Shown in pieces: positions 38,438 through 47,961 of a stretch of 64,000 bases of DNA (position 1 is the stretch's first letter; every line of letters starts with the position of its first letter). The stretch lies in the IMG/VR virus record IMGVR_UViG_3300033069_000781, positions 32,001 to 96,000 of that record; one strand, written 5' to 3'. Below the pieces are notes generated by a model. It was not told the origin of the DNA. It did no database searches and saw nothing but the letters and a program-made list of their open reading frames with translations. The position numbers and the translations under genes are program-made. This DNA comes from a virus (taxonomy: Duplodnaviria > Caudoviricetes).

Positions 38438-41400
38438 ACCAATCTATAGTTATGAACAAGCTAAAGCTGCTTCTACCGAGTACTTCAACGGAGATGAATT
38501 AGCGGCAGCTGTCTTTGTTGATAAGTATGCCCTCAGAAATGAGAAGAATGAGTTGGTGGAATTAACACCAACTGATATGCATTGGCGTATAGCTAATGAA
38601 TTCGCCAGGATCGAGCAGAGGAAATTCAAAGATCCAATGAGTGCTCAGACTATCTTCAATCTATTAGATAGATTCGCTAAGGTAGTCATGCAGGGATCAC
38701 CCTCATATGGCATAGGTAACTACTATCAATATATATCAATTGGTAATTGCTTCGTAATACCCTCCCCCTTAGATTCGTATCTTGGAATCATGCATACCGA
38801 TACCCAGATAACTCAAATCAGTTGTCGTAGAGGTGGTGTGGGCTGGAGTAACTCCAAACTTAGGCCCGCCGGTATGCTGGTTAAGAATGCTGCCAAGACA
38901 ACTAGCGGTATGATTGGGTTCGCTAAACGATTCTCTAATACAGTTAGAGAAGTTGGCCAGCATGGACGCAGAGGTGCCTCACTACAGGAGCTATCGTGCT
39001 GGCATCCCGAGATCATGGAATTCATCAAGGTTAAGCAGAACCTAACAGAGCTGACTGGTTCTAATATATCTGTAGATTTCTACGATGACTTCATGCAGAA
39101 GGTATTCGATCGGGCCGATATAAAGCTTCGTTGGCCTGTCTGTAAAGCCGATGCAGATGAGATGAAGAGACCATTCCCAGAATGCGAGGTAGCAGCTAAT
39201 GCTGGGCAGATCTGGGATGAGTTTATTAAGTCAGCTCATCTAATGGCTGAACCTGGTTGTAAGTTTATGGATACAGTCCATAGAATGAGCCCAGGTGTTC
39301 CATATGGTCATATTGAAACTGCGAGTAATCCTTGTGTAACTGCAGATACTTGGGTAATGACTTCCGAGGGTCCACGAAGAGTATCAGATCTTATAGGTAA
39401 GAAGTTTAATGCGTTAGTAGGTAATCAGTCCTACGAATCCACTGTTGATGGTTTCTGGTGCAGCGGAGTTAAGCAAACTATAAAACTTAAAACTCTGGGA
39501 GGCTTCACAATTGAATGTACTCCTGATCATAAGTTACTATCGGCCCGGATTGAAAATGGCGTAAAAGTCACGGAATGGAAGGAAGCCCAGAACTTTACAA
39601 CTAGCGATATGGTTGATGTAAATAACCATACTGGAGTTGAATGGGATGGTCAAGGCACAGACGATGAAGGATATCTAATAGGAACTATATTAGGTGACGG
39701 TCATATAACAGATAACAAAACAGCTCGCGTATCCTGGTGGGGCGAGAATAAAGGAGAGATGAAAGATTACACTCGTGATCTAGTTCATCGTACTTTGGAT
39801 TGTAAGAGTAACCTTGGCTCTGGGTCCGTGGTTTGTAAATCTGCTGTAGACAGAGATTCAACTGGCTTTAGCTCTGTTAGATTACTAGAACTTACACAAA
39901 CGTTCGATCTACATCACGATAAGAAGATTACAGATACTATAGAGAAAGCCAGTAGTGATTTCTATAGAGGCTTTTTACGCGGTTGGTTTGACTCAGATGG
40001 TACAGTTCAAATTAATCAGTCTAACGGGTCATACTCGGTAAGGTTAAGTTGCTCAACCCTACCAAATCTAGAGGTTGCCCATAGAATGCTTGCGCGTCTA
40101 GGTATAGTATCAAAGTTGTACGTCAACAGACGTGAGAGTGGGTATCGATCAATGCCTGATGGTAGGGGTGGAAGCAAAGAGTACCCTTGCCAAGCTAACC
40201 ATGAAATAGTAATTACCAAAAGTAACATAAGAGCATTCAGAGACAGTATAGGTTTTATTGATTCGTCGAAAGCGGAGAAGTTGAATAGAGTATGTGACCA
40301 ATTTGCCTTATCAGCTGAAACCTACACAAGTAGAGTAATCAGCATAGAGAATGGCTCAACTCAACCTGTGTATGATTGTACTGTTGATAAGGTGCATAGA
40401 TTTGATGCAAACGGAATTACAATAAAAAATTGTGGTGAGCAAAATATGCCACCCTATGCTTCTTGCAGATTACTCCTACTCAACCTAATCAGTTATGTTC
40501 GCAATAAATTTAAGCCCGACGCTTACTTTGATTTCGAGGCTTTTGCTGCAGATGTCAAGATATTACAACGACTAGGCGACGATCTAGTTGATATCGAGAT
40601 CGAGTGTATCGATCGAATACTAGATAAACTTAGCCGCGATCCTGAACCGGATTACATAAAGAAACCAGCGGTTGATCTCTGGGAGAATGTACGCAGAGTA
40701 GCCCTATTGGATCGTAGGACTGGTTGTGGGTTCACCGCTCTAGGTGATACCATTGCGGCCCTAAATATGAAGTATGGTTCAAAACTCAGCATAGAATTCG
40801 CGGAGAAGATGCAGAGAATATATGCTCTATCTGCTTATAGATCATCTGTAGAGATGGCAAAGGAGCTAGGTCACTTCCCTGAGTTCGATGCTAAGTTAGA
40901 CATACAATCTGGATTTATTCAGTTAATACAAAAAGAGGATCCAGAACTTTTCAGCGATATGCAGAAGTGGGGCCGTAGAAATATGGTCCTATTAACTGTA
41001 GCCCCGGTGGGATCCCTGAGCTGCGAGACTCAAACAACCTCTGGAATGGAGCCTGTATTCCTACTCTACTACACTAGGCGTAAGAAGGGTAATCCTGGAG
41101 ATTCAGGATTTAGAACTGATTCTATAGATGCCAATGGCGATCACTGGATGCATTTCGATGTCTATCATAAAGGTCTACAGGACTGGATGGATATTACGGG
41201 CAATAAGAACATCAAAGATAGCCCTTACTACGGGGCATCAGCCAATGATATTGATTGGTTATCCAGAGTGACTATGCAGGCTACCTTACAGAAGTGGATT
41301 GACAACTCTATTTCTAGTACAGTTAACTTGCCTCAAGATGTGCCCGTAGAGACCGTAGACAAGATCTATAAGACGGCGTGGAAGATGGGCTGTAAAGGTA

Positions 41401-42017
41401 TAACCATCTATAGAGATAAGTGCAGGGATGGTGTATTGGTATCCAAGGAGCCCGAGAAGAAGCTTTCTGGTAAAGAGCAGGCACTTGCCGATAGACTATG
41501 GCATGAGTATCTAGAGACTAAGCCGGTTAAGAGACCTAAAGAATTAGCTTGTGATATCCATCACACTAAATCTAAAGGTGAAGACTTCTTTGTATTAGTT
41601 GGGTTAATGGATAATCACCCCTATGAAGTCTTTGCTGGTAAGAATGGCACAGTGACCTCTGCTAAAACTGGGACTATTACTAAAAATAAAAGGGGTCATT
41701 ATGAGCTCAAAGCAAGTGATGACTCCGTAATAGAGAATGTCTGTGATTTACTCACAGATGAACAAGCCGTAATTACTAGAATGGTAAGTCTATCCTTAAG
41801 GCATGGTTCCAACGTATCCTTTATAGTGGATCAATTAGAGAAGGCTCCAGGGGATATGACAAACTTTGGTAAAGCTCTAGCTCGAACTCTAAAGAAATAC
41901 ATAAAGAATGGCTCCAAGGTAACTGGTGCTACTTGTACTAATTGTGGATCATCCGACATAGTTAGACAAGAGGGTTGTCAGACATGCTCTGGCTGTGGTA
42001 GTAGTAAATGTTCATAA
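38382..42017 (+). CDS. nrdJ: class II (B12-dependent) ribonucleotide reductase, intein-containing
   Basis: GNCFV, RRGGVG, RRGA, EPG, SNP|CGEQ catalytic loop split by an intein, CRL, TVAPVGS, SSTVNLP, KGITIYRD; C-terminal TSCPD-like domain and Zn ribbon. No beta subunit nearby. Confidence 0.92.
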   Translation: MNTQRTLNPVSENPVTSSRPIYSYEQAKAASTEYFNGDELAAAVFVDKYALRNEKNELVELTPTDMHWRIANEFARIEQRKFKDPMSAQTIFNLLDRFAKVVMQGSPSYGIGNYYQYISIGNCFVIPSPLDSYLGIMHTDTQITQISCRRGGVGWSNSKLRPAGMLVKNAAKTTSGMIGFAKRFSNTVREVGQHGRRGASLQELSCWHPEIMEFIKVKQNLTELTGSNISVDFYDDFMQKVFDRADIKLRWPVCKADADEMKRPFPECEVAANAGQIWDEFIKSAHLMAEPGCKFMDTVHRMSPGVPYGHIETASNPCVTADTWVMTSEGPRRVSDLIGKKFNALVGNQSYESTVDGFWCSGVKQTIKLKTLGGFTIECTPDHKLLSARIENGVKVTEWKEAQNFTTSDMVDVNNHTGVEWDGQGTDDEGYLIGTILGDGHITDNKTARVSWWGENKGEMKDYTRDLVHRTLDCKSNLGSGSVVCKSAVDRDSTGFSSVRLLELTQTFDLHHDKKITDTIEKASSDFYRGFLRGWFDSDGTVQINQSNGSYSVRLSCSTLPNLEVAHRMLARLGIVSKLYVNRRESGYRSMPDGRGGSKEYPCQANHEIVITKSNIRAFRDSIGFIDSSKAEKLNRVCDQFALSAETYTSRVISIENGSTQPVYDCTVDKVHRFDANGITIKNCGEQNMPPYASCRLLLLNLISYVRNKFKPDAYFDFEAFAADVKILQRLGDDLVDIEIECIDRILDKLSRDPEPDYIKKPAVDLWENVRRVALLDRRTGCGFTALGDTIAALNMKYGSKLSIEFAEKMQRIYALSAYRSSVEMAKELGHFPEFDAKLDIQSGFIQLIQKEDPELFSDMQKWGRRNMVLLTVAPVGSLSCETQTTSGMEPVFLLYYTRRKKGNPGDSGFRTDSIDANGDHWMHFDVYHKGLQDWMDITGNKNIKDSPYYGASANDIDWLSRVTMQATLQKWIDNSISSTVNLPQDVPVETVDKIYKTAWKMGCKGITIYRDKCRDGVLVSKEPEKKLSGKEQALADRLWHEYLETKPVKRPKELACDIHHTKSKGEDFFVLVGLMDNHPYEVFAGKNGTVTSAKTGTITKNKRGHYELKASDDSVIENVCDLLTDEQAVITRMVSLSLRHGSNVSFIVDQLEKAPGDMTNFGKALARTLKKYIKNGSKVTGATCTNCGSSDIVRQEGCQTCSGCGSSKCS
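39333..40430 (+). mobile_element. intein (366 aa) with LAGLIDADG homing endonuclease
   Basis: Starts CVTADT; block B CTPDH; LIGTILGDG and FLRGWFDSDG; ends VYDCTV...ANGITIKN followed by +1 Cys. Confidence 0.95.
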
Positions 42018-42050
42018 TTTGATTAATTAGCCCTATTGGGCTAGGCCTCC

Positions 42051-42075
42051 CCAATTCTTGCAGGCCTGCAAGAAT
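42051..42075. repeat. palindrome, copy 2
   Basis: CCAATTCTTGCAGGCCTGCAAGAAT, identical to 14945-14969; preceded by a small hairpin TAGCCC-tatt-GGGCTA (42028-42043). Confidence 0.95.
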
Positions 42076-42082
42076 CTAACAT

Positions 42083-42376
42083 ATGTTTACAGCAAAGACA
42101 GCTCAGGAATTTCAGTTCTATACCAATATACTTCAGCAAATCCTTAACCATCCCGAAAGTCTATCTACCTTTCAGGGAGAAACAACCACATCAGACGAGG
42201 TGGGTAAGGCTATGATCACTATGGCAGATAGTATCTCAACAGAATGGGTAAAGCGTATGGACGCCTTTGAGAGAAATGTGAGTGCTCCAAAGGTAGCTGT
42301 GGCGGGTCCGATGGACACAGCTCGTATAGCAAATGGTAATAGTAATGGTAACGGTTTACGTTTAACCGATCATTAA
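42083..42376 (+). CDS. hypothetical protein
   Basis: 97-aa ORF. Confidence 0.7.
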   Translation: MFTAKTAQEFQFYTNILQQILNHPESLSTFQGETTTSDEVGKAMITMADSISTEWVKRMDAFERNVSAPKVAVAGPMDTARIANGNSNGNGLRLTDH

Positions 42377-42384
42377 GGATATAA

Positions 42385-42870
42385 ATGATTAATCTAGGTA
42401 TTGGCGTGGATTCAGACATAGGTATTTCTAATAGCTCAATTAATTCACCTGATCAATATACCTATAATTATGTTTTCATAACTAATAGCCCGGCATATGC
42501 AGCAAAGAATAAGAAGTCCTGTGCTATAATTAACAAAGTTGAATTATTTGATTCAGAGTATCTATTAGAGATACGATTCGAAGATGGATCAATTGCTCAA
42601 GCTCTTCCCGAGGAGTTATATGAAATGACCAATAAACATCAATCCATATATAGCAGCTCTGATTATCTATCCGAATTTAAAGGTAATGCTAAAGAAGAGG
42701 AAGATGACGATTTCTTGGGCGATGATGAAGAGGACCCATTTGGGGATGATGACGACGATGATTTAGAGTATTTCGACGATGATGAATTCGACGATGAGTC
42801 TGGTCTAGACGATGACGAAGATACATTCGACACCGGAAGCGGTTACGAAGACGATGATGAAGATCTATAA
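42385..42870 (+). CDS. hypothetical protein with about 58-aa D/E tail
   Basis: Small beta domain (IRFEDG...ALPEEL) plus an extreme acidic C-terminus. Confidence 0.75.
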   Translation: MINLGIGVDSDIGISNSSINSPDQYTYNYVFITNSPAYAAKNKKSCAIINKVELFDSEYLLEIRFEDGSIAQALPEELYEMTNKHQSIYSSSDYLSEFKGNAKEEEDDDFLGDDEEDPFGDDDDDDLEYFDDDEFDDESGLDDDEDTFDTGSGYEDDDEDL

Positions 42871-42879
42871 GAGTAATAT

Positions 42880-43605
42880 ATGGCACATAAAATAGGTTCA
42901 GGATATGCAAAGTCCCAGCAACTCGTCACTTCTAGAGGAACTAACTTTAGACTAGGGCAGTCTGTTTTACCGGGTATAAGCATAACCAATACTGGCCCCT
43001 CTGAAGTCTATGTAGTTATTAATGCTAGAGTAATAGGAGGTCAAGGCAGCGATCCAGCTGCTAGATCTATATTATCCATGGCTGATAATGCTGACATCTT
43101 TAGCGGTAGCTACGAGATGGTGGACTCAAACAGTACGGGCATGATCGGCTTTGCAACTGATATTAATGGATCCACTCTGTCCAGCTTTAGTGAATTAGCC
43201 CCTAATACAATAATCAATGGCGACACACTAAGACTAATTAAATGTACAGGAGCTTCTAGCGGATTCCCCACAGATCTAGATGCAGATGACTATTTCGAGT
43301 TCCCGATCGATAAGGTAATATCTGATACTAAACTACAATTAGACATAGCAATTGATGCACTAGCCTATGCTGATGTCAATCACAGACTATTCGAGATCTG
43401 GAGGGGTAAGGATTCCACTAAAATAGATAGTACCTATTATTGGTATACTCCTGACGAGGTCATAGCTAATGGTATTCTCCTAACCACAGATCAAACTATT
43501 AATATCAGTTGTCACCCCGGTAATCCTAAGATATACGGATTTGCTGCTGTAGCACCTGATCCAGCTAATAGTGCGACTATGGCTTGTCATCAATCCATCT
43601 TCTAG
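42880..43605 (+). CDS. hypothetical protein, possibly virion decoration
   Basis: ISITNTGPSEVYV...GILL..DQTI beta-sandwich-like pattern. Confidence 0.6.
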   Translation: MAHKIGSGYAKSQQLVTSRGTNFRLGQSVLPGISITNTGPSEVYVVINARVIGGQGSDPAARSILSMADNADIFSGSYEMVDSNSTGMIGFATDINGSTLSSFSELAPNTIINGDTLRLIKCTGASSGFPTDLDADDYFEFPIDKVISDTKLQLDIAIDALAYADVNHRLFEIWRGKDSTKIDSTYYWYTPDEVIANGILLTTDQTINISCHPGNPKIYGFAAVAPDPANSATMACHQSIF

Positions 43606-43623
43606 GGTCAATTAAGTAATACT

Positions 43624-44439
43624 ATGGGAATAACACAAATTACCCCCGTTAAGGGGCGTAAAGAGTTTCTATTCAAAAATATTGAGTATTGGTTAAAGCA
43701 ATCCATAGATCAATTGGTCATAGTAGATTTAGCTTGTCCGGAGCAATCCGGACCAGACCTAATCAAATCTAAGTATGCTAAAGATCCAAGATTAATTGTA
43801 GTACTAGTCGATAAGGAAACAGCGGGTCCATTCTATAGCCACGGCTTTGCCAGAAATATAGGGGTCCACGCTGCTAGGCATGATTTACTTTTCTTTCTAG
43901 ATGTGGACTGTAGAGCTTCCGATTTCTATATCAAGGAGGCTGCACATAGAATGGATAGAGAGGGTGGAGCTGATGTCTACTGTAATCTACCCCCAGACTT
44001 CTTACTCTCGCAATACCTAGATCAATTACCCCTAGATCTTAGTAGAGATAGACAGTTCTTTATTAGGAATGCTATCTTCTATGACATCAACGGGTTTAAT
44101 CAGGAATATACGGGGTATGCCGCTGAAACTTACGATTTATTAATCAGAGCTAAGATGAGGACTGATAATTTTTCGTATAGTTCAATGACGAACCTATTGC
44201 GAATTATGCCTCACGACGATACCCTAAGGGATCAGTACTTACCATTCTCAATTAGCAATGGTTCCGACTATAAACAGTTAATGTTTAAGAAGTCCATGGA
44301 TTACTATAAAAGGGTATCGAAGTTATCTCCTAGAACTCAACCTGGAATTCAGTTTGGGATTACTAGCTCAAATCCCAAAGCTCTAAGGGTATATAAATCG
44401 GGGGTAGAGATGGCCTTTAGGCCCGGTGATGATACATAA
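43624..44439 (+). CDS. GT-A fold glycosyltransferase (GT2/GT7-like)
   Basis: ITPVKGR, IVD, ARNIGV, FFLDVD (DxD), INGFNQEYTGYAAE. Confidence 0.85.
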   Translation: MGITQITPVKGRKEFLFKNIEYWLKQSIDQLVIVDLACPEQSGPDLIKSKYAKDPRLIVVLVDKETAGPFYSHGFARNIGVHAARHDLLFFLDVDCRASDFYIKEAAHRMDREGGADVYCNLPPDFLLSQYLDQLPLDLSRDRQFFIRNAIFYDINGFNQEYTGYAAETYDLLIRAKMRTDNFSYSSMTNLLRIMPHDDTLRDQYLPFSISNGSDYKQLMFKKSMDYYKRVSKLSPRTQPGIQFGITSSNPKALRVYKSGVEMAFRPGDDT

Positions 44440-44445
44440 CTATAT

Positions 44446-45216
44446 ATGAATGATATAACCAATATCAATATGGATCCCTCGATATTAGAAAACCAGAATA
44501 AGGTTAAGGGAGTGAAGTCTGAGGAGGCCTGGCCAACTTTCAGAGAATTTGTAGAACAATTCACAGCACCAATCATTATTAATCCACAGGAACCCGAGAA
44601 TCCACTCAGTCCCAAGGATATGCAAACCATAATCGATCAGGACAAAGCGTCGGAATATGAGAAAGAGACTACTGGACGGGATATCAACGATCCAGAGTAC
44701 ATTAAGTCCATAACCTCTAAGACAGTAAACGTTAATCCTAACAACCTAGAGATAGTATTGGATAATTCTCCAATCACCCTCTCTACAGAGGAACTAGACC
44801 GTAGACAGGAAGAGGCTAATGCCCAATATGCCTCTGTTCAGACCTATCATGGCGATGTAGTCCAGGTCGGTTCAATGCCCGATACAGACTACATCGTTAT
44901 GACCTTTAGCGATGGAACCTTCTCTCAACCTATTCATCGTAGGACTGCTATAGAGCGTGCAGGGGCTATTCTAGAAATGATTGAGCAGGAGACTGGATCC
45001 GCCACTGGCTCCATTGTCGATAAGGATGTCTGGTTATGCCTAGAGACCTTGAGGGCTGCTATAAAGAATGGTAGATCCCGGGGACTAGAATATAACACTC
45101 AGGCTATTAAGAACTTTGAAAAGCGAATACTTAAGGCTGAGAAGTCCTGGCGTGATAGATCCGACTATAAGCCTGGCCCAGATGCGCCCCGTAAAGTCTA
45201 TATGGGTAATAACTAA
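44446..45216 (+). CDS. hypothetical protein
   Basis: 256-aa ORF. Confidence 0.75.
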   Translation: MNDITNINMDPSILENQNKVKGVKSEEAWPTFREFVEQFTAPIIINPQEPENPLSPKDMQTIIDQDKASEYEKETTGRDINDPEYIKSITSKTVNVNPNNLEIVLDNSPITLSTEELDRRQEEANAQYASVQTYHGDVVQVGSMPDTDYIVMTFSDGTFSQPIHRRTAIERAGAILEMIEQETGSATGSIVDKDVWLCLETLRAAIKNGRSRGLEYNTQAIKNFEKRILKAEKSWRDRSDYKPGPDAPRKVYMGNN

Positions 45217-45241
45217 GTTAGTAAATCGATACTATAAATAA

Positions 45242-45400
45242 ATGGCAAAGCAACCTAAAGCAATAAAACTTCAAAGGGTCTGTTTGTGCTGTCCTGCACT
45301 CTTCATGAGTTCTGGACCCGGTAATAGAATCTGTCCCAAATGCTCTCGTAAGATAGATAAGGATAGATCACCACCGGCCTATAAGATAACCAAAGAGTAG
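45242..45400 (+). CDS. small Zn-ribbon protein (52 aa, not in track)
   Basis: RVCLCCPALFMSSGPGNRICPKC; fills the gap. Confidence 0.7.
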   Translation: MAKQPKAIKLQRVCLCCPALFMSSGPGNRICPKCSRKIDKDRSPPAYKITKE

Positions 45401-45407
45401 TCAATTA

Positions 45408-46139
45408 ATGATAGACATCAATAAACTCCGAGATATAAAGCAATCGAAGCCTAGGGTTAATCCTTTAGCAGAGATCAGCTTTGGCAAAATTAAACAGATA
45501 GAAGCTAAACTAATGGCTGCTATCAATAGTAGTCATATCCAGTTTATTAGTGAGGTACTAAGTGGAGAGCTTTTAAGCTCTCTCAATTCTTTATTAGCTA
45601 GATCCATCTCTACCCGAGAATTAGTGGTTAACCCAAACACTATTCTGACTTATACATCTCTACACCTCAATAAGGTAATTGATTATCCATTACTCAAGAA
45701 TATAGTCCACTTCTTGGCCACCAACCACGAAGAGGTTCGCCAGAATAGAGCACTCTCGGTTCCACATATAGATGAGAATTCATCGGAGCCGGGTTGGTTG
45801 TACGCAAAGTTTACCAGCTACTCAATCAATAAACTACCCACTGGACCTCAGATAGAATATGAGCTAGAAATAATGAATTCGACCCTAGTGGGTCATAAGT
45901 TACATAAGTCAATCCCATACTTTAGCCCCATTTTCTCTGTTTTAGTGTATAAGGCGGGGATAACTAACCGTAAGATCAAGAGTGCTATGCCTAACTCATT
46001 GATTGGGTTATATATATGTGTTAACGTAAAGAAGCAATTCAATAGTGATAAGCTGACCTACTTTGAATATAAGTTCGATAGTTGTGTCGACAATCAGAAC
46101 CGAGAATTAATCAAACGAAAGCGATTGGAGAAGAAGTAA
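45408..46139 (+). CDS. hypothetical protein
   Basis: 243-aa ORF. Confidence 0.7.
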   Translation: MIDINKLRDIKQSKPRVNPLAEISFGKIKQIEAKLMAAINSSHIQFISEVLSGELLSSLNSLLARSISTRELVVNPNTILTYTSLHLNKVIDYPLLKNIVHFLATNHEEVRQNRALSVPHIDENSSEPGWLYAKFTSYSINKLPTGPQIEYELEIMNSTLVGHKLHKSIPYFSPIFSVLVYKAGITNRKIKSAMPNSLIGLYICVNVKKQFNSDKLTYFEYKFDSCVDNQNRELIKRKRLEKK

Positions 46140-46969
46140 TGACATGTGGTTACAGTTGCTGCAGTGCAGAGATAGATAGACTAAAAGTAGAAATCAGAAG
46201 AGCTAATGAAAACATAGAGGGCTGGAAGTTAGCCTATAACAAAGTAATGGCTGATAATATCAAACTAACCAGAGAGAATACAGAGCTAAAGAAAGACCTA
46301 GAGCTCTATAAAAACATAAAAGCTGATACAAAGATAGCTAAGCTTACGTTAAAGGTAGCGGAGCTTCAGCGACGTAATGATGCCCAGGCCAAAACTATTG
46401 CCATTGCCCAAGAGGAGCGAAAGAAGCTCCAAGAGATGACCGAATGTGAGGTCTATGGTCAGCCCTGCTCTAAACGAATATTAGATCACTTCAATTCGGT
46501 ATGGAATAAATGGCGTGCAGATAGAGATAGGGCAATTGATGCGGAATTAAACTTTACAGAGCTGACTGCTTCACGTAATAAGTACTTATCCGACTTCAAG
46601 GATTCCGAGTTTGTAATTAGGCATCAAAATAATACCATTAAGAACCTTATTGGTATAAATAATGAGAATGTGGACAAGCTTGAAGATTACGCAGAAGCGA
46701 TACGTATATATCAGGGCACTACTCGCGGTAACCTAGCTTGGATCACAGCTCTAACCGAGGAGAATGAGAAGCTTCGTGCCGGACCTAGCTCTCAAACCAT
46801 TGCTGACTATAGTAAAAAGATCTTTGATCTAGAGGCCACAATTGGTAATTTGCGCGATGAGATATATAACGTACAAAAACAATCAGAGCGTAAGGATGAG
46901 CAGATAGAGTTCTGGCATAAGAAGCATCAAGGATTAGTCTCCGATGTAAAGGACGTATTGGCTAAATAA
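46139..46969 (+). CDS. long coiled-coil protein
   Basis: TAATG coupling at 46139; heptad-rich. Confidence 0.7.
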   Translation: MTCGYSCCSAEIDRLKVEIRRANENIEGWKLAYNKVMADNIKLTRENTELKKDLELYKNIKADTKIAKLTLKVAELQRRNDAQAKTIAIAQEERKKLQEMTECEVYGQPCSKRILDHFNSVWNKWRADRDRAIDAELNFTELTASRNKYLSDFKDSEFVIRHQNNTIKNLIGINNENVDKLEDYAEAIRIYQGTTRGNLAWITALTEENEKLRAGPSSQTIADYSKKIFDLEATIGNLRDEIYNVQKQSERKDEQIEFWHKKHQGLVSDVKDVLAK

Positions 46970-46973
46970 ACAT

Positions 46974-47444
46974 ATGGGAAGCGTATATCAATTTAAAACA
47001 AAACTAGAGGGTAGAGTAGTTGCGGGTCCCGATGGTGAGTACTGGATGAGCCCTCAAAGGGATATCGCAACGAACTTTCCGGTCCAGGTAAAGCGAGCCC
47101 TGATCTATGCGGATCAGATCAGGACTGATCCACTCATTAAACGCTACTATGACTCAGTAGTTGGAGCTGAAGGTAAGCTTGAAGAGGTAGCTTTATGTAT
47201 GGCTAGGTTTGTACATATCGCTACCGATAAGACCTATTCAGGTAAGGTCGATGAAGCTGTAGAAAAGAGCGGTTTAAATACCTGCTCACAAGAAGCGAGA
47301 TATATCTTCTTCTATGCCTTAGGCTGTGTTGTAGTCTCATCCTACTATGCGGGGGTAGCGGAGGCTATGGGAGGTAAAGGTTTCAATCCATTCATGATGA
47401 TGGAACCTAGTGAGATATTTAATGACAACAGACCAATCAGTTAA
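46974..47444 (+). CDS. hypothetical protein
   Basis: 156-aa ORF. Confidence 0.7.
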   Translation: MGSVYQFKTKLEGRVVAGPDGEYWMSPQRDIATNFPVQVKRALIYADQIRTDPLIKRYYDSVVGAEGKLEEVALCMARFVHIATDKTYSGKVDEAVEKSGLNTCSQEARYIFFYALGCVVVSSYYAGVAEAMGGKGFNPFMMMEPSEIFNDNRPIS

Positions 47445-47961
47445 GGCTACTCAGCGTATAACTAATGTAGAACATATCGAGAGAGCTATAGATGTAAATA
47501 GCCCACGAATACCCCTAGATCGTAATACACTACCAAAGATTGGCTCAGTAGCCCTATGTACTCTAGGAGAACATTACTCGGGCGGGGCCTGGTTCTATAC
47601 CTTAGAACCCTTATACGAAGCCCTAGGCCTCGATATAGATCTGGACACTGAATACCTCAAAGAGGTTAAAGGTGCGAGACCCGCTGTGCCAATGCTCCTG
47701 ACAGATGATGTAATCTTTAGGGGTAAGGATGGGCATAACCATGCTATTGTTATGTCTCGGGATCACCAAGATGCCGCTAGGTTCGAGAACTGGCTCTATT
47801 GTCTAGAATTTGTGATTAATAATAAGACCTATACTGTACGTAATGCATCATTTATGTACGGCTGTAAGGGTTTGAATTACTTCAAACTATGGGATGAGTC
47901 TGGAGCTACCACTTATATGTTAAATGAGGCAAGGGAGCAATTCTTATATGAAAGACGCTGA
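47410..47961 (+). CDS. hypothetical protein
   Basis: About 180 aa; start may be ATG 47422. Confidence 0.7.
   Translation: MRYLMTTDQSVKATQRITNVEHIERAIDVNSPRIPLDRNTLPKIGSVALCTLGEHYSGGAWFYTLEPLYEALGLDIDLDTEYLKEVKGARPAVPMLLTDDVIFRGKDGHNHAIVMSRDHQDAARFENWLYCLEFVINNKTYTVRNASFMYGCKGLNYFKLWDESGATTYMLNEAREQFLYERR

Noticed and set aside
38382-42017. Class I RNR alpha subunit (nrdA)
   Set aside because: No beta subunit or ATP cone is seen, and the C-terminal TSCPD-like/Zn-ribbon region fits class II.
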